NCBI GenBank assembly: GCA_028023455.1
Contig: JAQFVV010000003.1
Span: 13,888,001-13,952,000 of the forward strand
DNA length: 64,000 nucleotides
Direction: 5' to 3'
From: Epiperipatus broadwayi
Taxonomy: Eukaryota > Animalia > Onychophora
The notes below the pieces were generated by a model. That model was not told where the DNA came from. It worked only from the letters and a program-made list of their open reading frames with translations, and made no database searches. The translations under genes and the position numbers were made by a program. Position 1 is the first letter of the stretch, and the number at the start of each line of letters is the position of its first letter. Shown here piece by piece: positions 39,401-49,877 of this stretch.

Positions 39401-42400
39401 AAAGTTTTCCTAAGCAGAACTAAGTGTATATTAACTTATAAGTTTAACATTAGAATTTTTTTTACCTAACCAACACATTTTACTCATAAATATACAATTG
39501 CATAGTCATATTATCTTGCCTTTTCCATGATAACATAGAACTTTACTTGTAATCTGACAGATTATTTCAAGTATTCTCATCTTTTCAGTAAACAACAACT
39601 TTCAATAATATTTCTTATCTTAGATTAATTACTCTTCTATCATATAGCAACAAAAAAACTTTGGCATACTGTTTTATTATAATTAATCTATGATCTGATT
39701 AATTTTCTATACTTTAATATATGCTTATAATAATTTATGTAAAAAAAAAAAAAATCTAACTAAAAATAACTAGATACCTATTTACCAAACAATTATAAAC
39801 AATTAATTGAGTTGACTATCTAAAGGAGAAATTTAAGTATGTTTAAAATGTAAAAAAATTTGCAAGTTTCACCTAGCTTAAATTTGAACCCTGAATTGTA
39901 GATATGATAGGAAAATGCATTATTAGACCATATAAAAAGTTTTACTTAAAACAATTTCCTGTTTGCAGATACAGATACTTTATCTAGAAATCATAACAGA
40001 TATAATAATAATTTATGAAATATTTTCAAAAATCATAAAAAATTATTTATAATTTGCAAAATGCTCCATTGGGATATCATTCCAATATTATACAACATAT
40101 CAACTTCTTAATAATACTATAGCGAATATTTCCCTCCTCCTCCAGTTATGCGTGAGAAAGGGATTTAAGTCGCTATCAGGGAGGTAAGTTTTTTTTTTGC
40201 CATGTGCTGTTTAGCATAATTGTATGATAATGGACTTGAGTAGAAGATCTCTGAATCAAAGTTGAATTTGTCACTCTAGTACTCAAATGTCACATGATTC
40301 CCCAAGTAACTAATCATTCAATTATTTCATTACTACACAGTTTTATATATAATATATTTATTAAAAATAATTATAGTATTAAGATGGATTTATTTTTAAA
40401 ATAATTTAATAATTACTATACAAAATATGCCTAGAAATCTTTTGGTAAATTAACCATTCCATCTGAAATGTTTTTATACCACAATATTCTTATCTATTTC
40501 TTCACATCCATTACCAATCATTATTAACAAATACTGACATATTCTGTTTTGTTAGTTCAATATATGGTTACTTTCATCATATTCTCATTTATTTCTCTCA
40601 TTTATATGTTCCTCCCACTCCTTTATAACTTATCCTAGCCCTTCTCTCTGTTATTTCTATATAAACTATATTTAAGACCAAGTTCTTATTCCATTTTCAT
40701 CTTTTCTTGATATCAAAAACTTCTGTCCTTTCTCAAATAACTGTTAGTTTCCTGTAGTATTATTGTTTATACTTTTTAAAAAAATATCTTTATATAACTC
40801 TAAACTAGTTTTCTTATTTACACTCACTTTATATAACAGCATTTCATTTTTCTTGATAACTTATCTAACTCATTTTTAATATTTAAATACAAGTATATTG
40901 TCTATCCTAAACTTAATGTGATTTAGAAAAGATTTGAACTCAGAACTTTCAAGCTCCCTACAACTATCCATTCCATCTTATACAATCGATACCCATGAAC
41001 ACATACATGTGAAAAAGATAAATGATCTCCAATATATCATATAATAAAAAATCATCCATGCACTTTACTACTGTTATACAATGCATTATTTACCCTCTTA
41101 TACAGTTTTGATTACCCCAGCAATCTTTTTCAGAACTATATAATACAAACATATGAATATAAATATACATGAACATATAATTTACATTCTATATATACAT
41201 CTTATAATCATCATCTATTTATTACCTTTTAAATATTATATAATTATTTTACCCTTTTTTACATTCTATATTTATTAATTAAAACTTCCTATACATATAT
41301 ATTCTATTTTTATTCTTTGTTTTATTTTATTTTTATTACTCTTTAAATACTTAACCCTAATATACATATACTATTTCATGCTGAACCAGCATCATTAGTT
41401 CATTATCTCGCATATATATATATATATAATCAGTGCTCAGTTTATATTAAGATAGCAAATCTTCAAACTAATCACGGATTATATATAAGTGTGGTAGATA
41501 ATGATCTGGACAAACTGATGAGAGTTGGTCCAGCACGAAATACATATATTGGAGATCATTTATCTTTTTCACATACATGTGGTCATGTGTATCAGTTGCA
41601 CAAGATGGAGTGGATAGATATATGAAGTTTAAAAGTCTAAATTCAAATTCCTTCTAAATTTCATTAACTCATTATTCTAATTCCAAAATATAAGATTCTA
41701 AGCTCAATCACATAAAAATTTATTTGTCAGATAACAATTGAGGTAACTTACTGTTGGACTACAACACTGTTGGCAACCATTTAATGGTGTCATGCCAAAG
41801 CTATGTTACAATGTTATTTTGTATGTTAGCATGATCCTATCAATCTTATTATTTATAACATCAAAATTGGTCCGATTACAATGGTCTTCAAAATTATGTA
41901 TTATATACTTCTAAAGTCCATTATAACTGGATCTGGTCATTAAATATTTTAAAATATATAGGATCATAAGTGAAAAATATGTTTTGTTAAATTATATTGC
42001 ATTTGAAAGATATACATAAAATTTCCAATGGCATGGGGAAAATTCATTCTGTTGGCACTTAAAAAAATGTGTATTGTTTACAAAATTGCCGATTACTATA
42101 CAATAATTCAGAACAGACAAAGTGAATTTAACTTTCAATAGTTTAATTTAAAAATTTGATTAATGATTTCTAACAAAATAAAACAAGTATTTTTCTAGCA
42201 TTCATCAAAAATATTTCAAAGAAATTCATTTTTGTGATATAAAAAATCAACTCAAAATTGGAAGTTTTTCATATATTCTTTTTTTTTTTAAAAGTACGAA
42301 CATTTGGAATTTGTTTCTATGAAAATTTGTTTTAATTAAATAATAGACATTAAAAAAAAAAAAAAAACTTTTTTTCCAAGTAAATGTGGTAAAACTTAAA

Positions 42401-45400
42401 ATGTATAACTACGAATAAAATTTTTTCACATGAATTAATCGATATATTCTGCCTGCATATAAATTTACTCTAAACATGCAGTTGTGTATAAAAGTACTAA
42501 AGGTCAATTGAGTGTCAAACAAAATATCCATGTAAAATTAATCACTGGTTAGGAAAAAAAAAATTTACATCCTACTTAGTTCTTATCTTTCCTGAAAATA
42601 GTAAAGATCAAGTATATGATTATTTACAAAATAATTAGTAAATTAAACTGAATCAGGGTTTCCATTTACGCATATGATTACGCAGGTTATGGCGCAAATG
42701 CATGTGCTGTAATTGAAATATAATTTTTTACTATTTCAATTCAATCAGAGTGCCACTAATAATTGTTCCATGTGCCACGTATGCCCTGGGTTGCTGATCC
42801 CTGGACTATATTTGTAAATTGTGACACTACTGTCATTTACTGGTTTTTTAAAGTTAACATTTTTGTATTTATTGATAACTATTACTTTTGTGTATTAAAA
42901 TTTACAAAAATAATAATTTCATCTTCTTTTCATTTCAAAATATGACAACAAAAACAATTTATTAAGAAAATTTTTTAAAAGTGATTTAACAATATTTAAA
43001 AAAGGTTTTGACCAAAACTAAAATTTCATATTTTGCAACTAATGCACTCTGGTGGAGAAAAAGTATACAATTTTAAACAAGAACGCTATAATGAATCGAA
43101 TTTGTTGTCTTCATCTTTGAGAAATTAGTGACAAACTTTCAGATATCTTTTATACTTCTTAAGAAAGTATTTACATATTTCATTATATACTGATACAGCA
43201 TCAAACACTCATGAGTTGTTCCATTAGTTGAGGCAGTTAATGTGAAATCAAATAACTGCTGGACTAATCAAGAATTCTTGCAATATATAAATAAGAATGA
43301 TTATGATTCAGTAGATGAAGATGGGTCATAAACTGCTATAAAAACATTTATCATCTGAACTTACTAAGCATTTAGAAATATCTCTGGGAAAAAATAAATT
43401 TTTGCACAACATCATGATTATTTTTTTTTTATCAACTTTCTTAAATATTATTATTAACCCACATATTAAGATCATTTTGATAATGACCAAAATTAACTTC
43501 CTTTGCATAAAGAACCAATTACTGAAAAAATTCTACCATTAACTCATATATTAAGAACATTTCAATAAAGACAAAACCAACTTACTTGGCACAACGAACC
43601 CAGTTACTATGATCAACTAATGAAAAGAGAAACTTCTGCCGATGAGTACACCAAACCTTTAAAAAATTAAAAAAAGTAATAAATATTTGGCTATTAACCA
43701 TTAATGAAAACAACAATTAAAACATGGTTACAAAAAATACCTTGATACTTTTATCATCCGAACTTGTTACCAAGTACTGCCCATCAGAAGAAAACTGAAC
43801 ACTTCGAACTGCTGATGAATGCGCCTTAAAGAAAGTTGATTGGCCTTTTCTGCAATATCAAAAATTTTCAAATATTTGTTAATAAAATATAAGAATCCAA
43901 AATTTATAAAATACATTTAAAAAATAATTATTTGTAATATTGTAAAAAATTTTCCTTTTTCTTACAGAGATTATAAAACTGATCGTATTCGGAAACATTT
44001 TAAAATGGCTAAATCCATTAAATGGTAGAATCTTCACTTCCAAGTAAAATATTCAGTTATGGTTTGTCTGAATGATTTTTGTATAACAAAAATCTAATCA
44101 GTCAAAATCTGCACTTTCTTAACATTATTATATTTTTATTTGAAGCAATTCAGTTAAAACATATACCAAGAGTATATTTTACAATGAAATATTTTTAATC
44201 CAAATAAAATTTGAGAAAGGTTCCAAATTATATCTTTAGGCAAAAGTTGAACAGTTCTTCTGAAAATGGATCAAAATATTTAATGACAAAAGCTGAGAAA
44301 ACTTAAACTGTAACTGAACTGGCAGATTTATTTGATACTATATTAGTCAATCCACCAAGTTTTTACTTAGATAGTAAATCTGCAAGAAATGAAAAAAAAT
44401 TTTTGTAATATTCTCACAGACTAAATGCTACTGTATTACATACTACTATTGTGTTTAAAATATTTATTCAAAGAATTCAAACATATTTATACACGAAAGG
44501 TCAAACAAACACATAAAAATACTATTTAACCTTCATTAATCACCTTGCAATGGAAGGAAAATTAAAAAAGCTATCATAATTAAAAGTATTAGACTAACTT
44601 TAAATAAAGATATGGGGATAAAAATATTATTTTAATAAAAATATTCTTCATTAATTAAAGAAGTATATACATATTTTGAAAATTAAAATAATATACAGTT
44701 TTAAAAAATGATGTAGAGCAAGTTAGTACAAAAAATATAAGATTACATACAAAGAATTATAAATTTAAAAAAAACTAGATATGTATAATTATATTATAAT
44801 TAATTAATATAATGGAATAATTAAAGTGATAAAAATAAATTAAATTATTAAAAGGTTTAACAGACATATAAATGTAGAATAATAATATATTATATATTTC
44901 ATTTCTTATAGTCATTTTTCAGTAAATTATATAATCATAATATTGTCAAATAAATTATAAACTCTTAATCAATTGATAAATTATAAATAAATCAAATTAA
45001 TAGATAACTCATTGATCTACAATTTAATTTAATATCATCTAATTGATTTACGTTCTAATATAAACTTTCTCAAACAATCCAAATAAAAAACATATTTCAT
45101 TTCTTATAGTCATTTTTCAGTAAATTATATGACTATAATGTCAAAAAATTATAAACTCTTAGTCAATCAATAAATTATAAATAAATCAAAATAGACAACT
45201 CATTAATCTACAACTAGAAATATATAATTATATTATAATTAATTAATATAATGGAATAATTAAAGTGATAAAAATAAATTAAATTATTAAAAGGTTTAAC
45301 GGACATATAAATGTAGAATAATATATATATTTCATTTCTTATAGTCATTTTTCAGTAAATTATATAATCATAATATTGTCAAATAAATTATAAACTCTTA

Positions 45401-48400
45401 ATCAATTGATAAATTATAAATAAATCAAATTAATAGATAACTCATTGATCTACAATTTAATTTAATATCATCTAATTGATTTACTTCTAATATAAACCTT
45501 CTCAAACAATCCAAATAAAAAACATATTTCATTTCTTATAGTCATTTTTCAGTAAATTATATGACTATAATGTTGTCAAAAAAATTATAAACTCTTAGTC
45601 AATCAATAAATTATAAATAAATCAAAATAGACAACTCATTAATCTACAAACTTAATTTAGTATCACCTAAACGATTTTCGTTTCAATATGAACCTCCTCA
45701 AACAATTTAAAAAAAAAAACCTTACATTTCACTTCTTAGTAAATTCATTTTTCAGAAATTTCATTTTCCAGTAAATTATATAATCAAACAAACAAAGAAA
45801 ATGAGAGTAAAATATTGGAGTCAGAATTTAGATAGTTAATAAATTAAATCAATAACAAACAAACACAGTCTTCTATTTTAAAAATAGACCATTAATTTCA
45901 ATATATATATACAAAACAAACCATATGCAAACTTCTTTATAAATCTTGATTTATTATATGAACAATTATAAAGTACAAAAATATTCCGTGTAGATTATAT
46001 TCTTTTATAGTCTTTATCAAGGAACAACTAAAAAATACATATATATATATATAAATACAAATATTCCACAATAATCCAATACATTTAACAAATACAAATA
46101 ACCCTTACTTTAAAACTCTTCTAATAAACAATCTTAAATTCCATTACATTCGCTTTTTAAATACTTTTTAAAAATAATCCTCTATAATTATTTAATTAAA
46201 TCAATCTATTTTTTTTTTTTTTTTTCAATTAATAACCTATTCTACAAGTTTCATTTCTTTAATATAAATTATAAAAAAAGGAATTTATATTAATGTAATA
46301 AAATCTGTAATGAATAGGTTATTAAATGAAAAAAAAAATAATAGGTTGATTTAATTAAATAATTACAGGCAATTATTTTAAGAAAGATATTTAAGAAACG
46401 AATGTAATGGAAATTTAAGATTGTTTGTTAGAAGAGTTTTAAAGTAAGTTTTTATTATATGAATTGGATTATTATAGAATATTTGTATTTATTGTTTTTT
46501 TATTTATTTTTTACTTATTCCTTGATAAAGACTGTAAAAGAATATAGTCAAAATGTTAAGAGTATTTTTTGTATTTTATAAAAGTTCATATATGTAAAAT
46601 ATTAAGGATTTTAAACTTCTCCCTCGATAATTTAATATACAAATTAAAAAGCGTATGAAACACTTGAATGAGAAGATAAACAGATTCCAAAAATTACTAT
46701 ACGCTAAGCGCTTTGGAGGCCAACCAACACATTACAAATAGTATCATACAAGATTTATCACAAAACACTAATCTAACTATCAATTCCGCAACAGAAGACA
46801 CTTTCCAAAGTCTAAATTACCTCGACCTTCGTCTAACACGGGATGAGAGAACAATAAATTACAGCCCTTTGAAATCAGAAGCTTTATACACCCACACTCC
46901 AATTCACCAAGCTATCACAAATTTGCAGGCCTTCAAGCATTTTTATACAGAAATATGCAACTGTGCAAGTTGGAAGCGGATAGAAAGAATAATATACATC
47001 TATACACCAAAGACCTACTACAAGCAGACTACAAACTCAACACTATTAACAATAAAATTAAACAATTTTATAAGAAAATCGTAGACAATAAAAACAATAC
47101 TAAAATTCCATATATCACTCTTCCACACATACCTAAAATCTCCTACCAATTAATTAATGTTTTGTCCAGTAAATTTAAAATTAGTTTTCATACCCCCCCC
47201 CCCATGCACTAATCATCTAATCAATAACTCTAAGGATAAAATCGAACCTTCTCAGACCCCCCCATGTCGTTTACAGCATATCATGCCCACAACCCGGTTG
47301 CCGGGCCATTTATTTTGGGGAAACCAAAGCTGGCATAATCAACAAGACAGCACAACATAGATACACCTATAATAGAGCAAAGAAAAATAATGATAACTCA
47401 TCAACATTCTTAGAACATTCCAAGAAGACAGGACATGTGTTTGAACCCTCCAATCCCAAAATAATCGACATTGAGAAAAACGACATCAAGCGGAAAATCA
47501 GAGAAGCATATTTCATTAATGGCAATAATAACACTATCAATAGAAGGGATACCTGCTTTGACATCTCCAAACGTTGGACTATCTAGCTCATTTGCACACG
47601 CTTTGCATACCGCTTTGTTTCCTTGCCCTATTTCCTCATTCTGCACCTCGCATTACCGCTATGAATATGAGGCAAATGTCCTCGAAAGCGCTTAGCGTAT
47701 AGTAATTTTTGGAATCTGTATAGCTTTTCGTTCAAGTGTTTCATACGCTTTTTAATTTGTATATTAAAAGTTCATATAATAAATCAAGATTTATAAAGAT
47801 GTTTGCATATGGTTTGTTTTGTATATAGATATTGAATTTACATAGTTAAAGAATAAAGAACAGAATCTCATCACCACAATCAATGCAGAAAAATAACAAA
47901 TGGCATGAGAAGTTTGTGATAAGCAGATCCAACTTGAGTGATTGAAGACAGGCAGATAAAAGAACAGAAAGATGATTAATACTAGCATAAAATTAGTGAT
48001 GATGATATAGTAGTGGAAAAAAACAAGTTGTATGCCAAATAAACACATTCTTTTACTTATTGATCTAAATTAGAGTACATACTTTTGTTAATGTTTAGTG
48101 TGCATAATTTATAAATTAAATTGTGTCATATGTATTTAGTTAAAAACATAATACAAATAGTATTATCTGTGTATTTCAAGCATCCACACAAAGTTTTGAA
48201 TTCAAATGATTGTATACATATGAGAAATGGGGGATATGGTATATTAAAAGCTAATAAAAAATAAATGAAAATGTTATGCTTACACATTTGCTGTCCAAAT
48301 TCTCACTGTCTTATCTCTTGAGGCAGATGCTATTAAGTGGCCAGATGGAGAAAAATTGATTGAAAAAATAGCATCCTATAATAAAATAACACTAATAAAT

Positions 48401-49877
48401 CTATACAAATAAATTTCAATATTATTAGAGTAATCAATAAAAATATTTTCAAATGACAACAAATTTAACACTATTTGAATGTATTTTTCTTTAATGATGT
48501 GCGAGTTATAACCTTGTAATATTAGCAGTAACAGATGATGATGATGATTAATAATAGTAATAATAATAATAATAATAGTAAAACTTCTACAAATCAAATG
48601 AAATTAAAACATTTGTTATGAAAGTTTTAAAAAATAAAAAAACGAATACTAATAAGAAAACGATCATAATCAACCAATAGATTATTATTGCCAGATTATA
48701 TACAGCAAATGCGACATCCTATTTAACTATCTATCTAAACCATTTATCCATCTCTTCCAGGTAATCTATATTATTATTTCAGGCAGACAATAATGGCACC
48801 TATGCTCAAACAAGTTAAACAATCTTGCAGTATATGTACAACATCTAATGGCAACATGACATTTATGTATGATTGCATTTATCTATTCTTATTCAAAAAA
48901 AAAAGCTCGGCTGGAATAAATATTGAAGATTGCCTATCCAATGGTTAAGCAATATTCATAAATATTAATAACTTTTAAATAATAAAATTTTAAGATTTAA
49001 AATTTAGATTCCAACTGTGTATTAATCTGGAAACAATTTTATAACTGCTTTTACAGAAACATTGCTCATAAAAATTCCAAAGTCAATAAATATTTAATTT
49101 AAAGAGACTCCATTAAACATATATAAAAAAGCACTGAAACTACTTTTTAACTAGCAAAGCAATATAATCAATTTAATTTATTGTTCTGTGAACATTTTAA
49201 AACTGATCCACCATCTGTGCCTATCAAATAGTCCTCACAATATTAATGAAATATATATTGAAACCAGATGTTTTGCTATATCTCAAATCTATATATGAAG
49301 AAGAGGGGATCTCAGCTAAAATTTCCATTTGTAAATTAATTTTAAAATGTTGCCAATTTAGTTTTATACATACACATGAATCACTAAAATAATTTTGTTT
49401 ACTAAAATATAATTTTTTTTTCTCAAAAAAGTAATCAATTAGCATGGAATGTAAAAATGTTAAATTTTAATTGATTAAAAACCAGGCTATTGTGAGAGGC
49501 TAATCTTGAAAGTGCTAGAAAATTTTGTGGAGAGAACAATAGAACAAATGGGTATAAAAGCTCCCCAAAATCTACTGTTCCATTCAGAAAGTATTCAAGC
49601 TAGGCAGAAGCTATTCATTCCTTAATTCATTCATTAGAAGCATTTCTTGACCGTTCATCTGAGTTTTTCTACACTATGTGGGGATTCTTCATTCTGTGTG
49701 ACTGATTATTATTATTATTACAAAAAATGAACTAAACAATTTTATACAAATTAGAAATTTATGCAATCTAATAAGATTAAAATTAACTATAAATTACCTT
49801 ATGTCCTGTAAAGCGATATGCTCTTGTTTGAGGTTTAAAATTCCATATCATGACACAGCAATCCAAGCTTCCAGAGG
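27355..49877 (-). CDS. POC1: POC1 centriolar WD40-repeat protein, partial gene: join(49798-49877, 48284-48375, 43741-43849, 43586-43656, 27355-27462)
   Basis: Five GT-AG exons with matching phases splice to one 460-nt open frame: [27 protein letters not shown]|[31 protein letters not shown]|[36 protein letters not shown]|[24 protein letters not shown]|[36 protein letters not shown]. The motifs [23 protein letters not shown] and H-NWVRCAKFS-DGR are characteristic of POC1A/POC1B as I recall them. Upstream and downstream exons were not found in the window. Confidence 0.92.
27715..28840 (-). repeat. Tandem array of a 354-bp family C monomer (about 2.3 units plus a partial unit), ending in an inverted partial copy
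   Basis: Marker cccagatcacaatctcttac at 27901 and 28255; marker ttagactaaagattatcca at 28057 and 28411 (both period 354). Partial units end in catatgaccaaa near 28550 and 28652. 28678-28840 is inverted. Confidence 0.9.
27856..27899 (-). ncRNA. Minimal type I hammerhead ribozyme motif in array unit 1, core intact
   Basis: CAA-CUGAUGA-GUACU(GGACCAUUC)AGCAU-GAAA-U(GUGC)AU-C/-UUG: conserved core, AUC cleavage triplet, 3-bp stem I, one mismatch in stem II. Confidence 0.65.
32856..33410 (+). mobile_element. Penelope-like element family B, 5'-truncated (GIY-YIG region plus 3' end)
   Basis: [19 protein letters not shown]...[37 protein letters not shown]...NRRD...W; close homolog of 47260-47764. Confidence 0.88.
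33250..33290 (+). ncRNA. Hammerhead ribozyme-like motif, A3-U8 variant (family B)
   Basis: CGCU-AUGAAUA-U-GAGG(CAAAAGA)CCUC-GAAA-GCGCU-U/-AGCG. Confidence 0.6.
34532..34569 (-). ncRNA. Degenerate hammerhead ribozyme remnant (family D)
   Basis: CUCA-CUGACGA-AAGC(CACAA)GUUA-AAAA-CUAGUC-UGGG; G12 and the base of stem II are mutated. Confidence 0.4.
34880..35350 (-). mobile_element. Decayed LINE reverse-transcriptase remnant (related to 40430-40880)
   Basis: Fragments resemble the ...YIE.F..L...DI....KKAF..FG region of non-LTR RT. Shares aaggacagaa.ttt..atat...gaa...tgaa with the minus strand of 40430-40880. Confidence 0.4.
35865..36419. repeat. 134-bp near-identical direct repeats (35868-36001, 36274-36407) around a 272-bp spacer, with gcgataattat at both outer edges
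   Basis: Only 3 substitutions between the copies. The spacer contains a family D HHR remnant on the minus strand at 36038-36072. Confidence 0.9.
37985..38170. repeat. Partial family C monomer with small inverted and duplicated pieces; no HHR segment
   Basis: aatgaataatatttctgtagtgcaattttcactacaccat...ggtttctatctacttttaatacctt matches the start of the 27715 array unit. Confidence 0.7.
38620..38960 (-). mobile_element. RTE-like LINE C-terminal remnant
   Basis: [14 protein letters not shown] pattern, similar to 62290-62700. Confidence 0.45.
40430..40880 (-). mobile_element. Decayed LINE RT remnant
   Basis: Purine-rich minus strand, homologous by eye to 34880-35350. Confidence 0.35.
40915..41680. 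repeat. Family C fragments in inverted arrangement (40915-41035 minus, 41365-41470 minus, 41475-41680 plus)
   Basis: 40915-41035 is the reverse complement of about 41545-41670. 41365-41470 matches the ribozyme-upstream flank. Confidence 0.75.
41511..41552 (+). ncRNA. Hammerhead ribozyme motif (family C), core intact, stems partly decayed
   Basis: CAAA-CUGAUGA-GAGUU(GGUCC)AGCAC-GAAA-U(ACAU)AU-A/-UUGG. Confidence 0.6.
42740..42803. mobile_element. hAT-like transposon terminus
   Basis: gtgccacgtatgccctgggttgctgatccctg; the reverse complement CAGGGATCAGCAACC resembles hAT/Charlie MITE ends. The partner end was not established. Confidence 0.35.
43586..43656 (-). CDS. POC1: POC1 exon, 71 nt ([24 protein letters not shown])
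   Basis: Acceptor ttaaag, donor gtaagt; follows an 84-nt intron (43657-43740). Confidence 0.93.
43741..43849 (-). CDS. POC1: POC1 exon, 109 nt ([36 protein letters not shown])
   Basis: Acceptor ttgcag, donor gtattt; the 1+108 nt length fits the preceding phase-2 intron. Confidence 0.93.
44775..45651. repeat. Near-perfect tandem duplication of a 439-bp unit, itself built from about 195-bp subrepeats
   Basis: Units start with ctag at 44775 and 45214. The subunit catatttcatttcttatagtcatttttcagtaaattatat recurs near 44895, 45092, 45325 and 45524. Confidence 0.9.
46593..47764 (+). mobile_element. Penelope-like element family B: 5'-truncated, with an inverted 3'-end copy and a 14-bp TSD
   Basis: RT C-terminus ([10 protein letters not shown]), linker and GIY-YIG region ([19 protein letters not shown] ... 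[10 protein letters not shown]). 46593-46720 is the reverse complement of the element 3' end. TSD taaaagttcatata at 46579-46592 and 47765-47778. Confidence 0.9.
47657..47697 (+). ncRNA. Hammerhead ribozyme-like motif, A3-U8 variant (family B)
   Basis: CGCU-AUGAAUA-U-GAGG(CAAAUGU)CCUC-GAAA-GCGCU-U/-AGCG; identical to 33250-33290 except in the stem II loop. Confidence 0.62.
48284..48375 (-). CDS. POC1: POC1 exon, 92 nt ([31 protein letters not shown])
   Basis: Acceptor ttatag, donor gtaagc; WD40 repeat; ends in phase 2. Confidence 0.93.
49798..49877 (-). CDS. POC1: POC1 exon, 80 nt ([27 protein letters not shown])
   Basis: Acceptor ttgtag, donor gtaatt; starts in phase 1 and ends in phase 0. 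Confidence 0.92.

Larger units (their letters stand above)
45893..47840. mobile_element. Foldback/MITE-like palindrome (arms about 380 bp, 11-nt loop at 46271-46281); right arm interrupted by a PLE
   Basis: 45893-46270 is the imperfect reverse complement of 46282-46592 plus 47765-47840. Confidence 0.85.
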
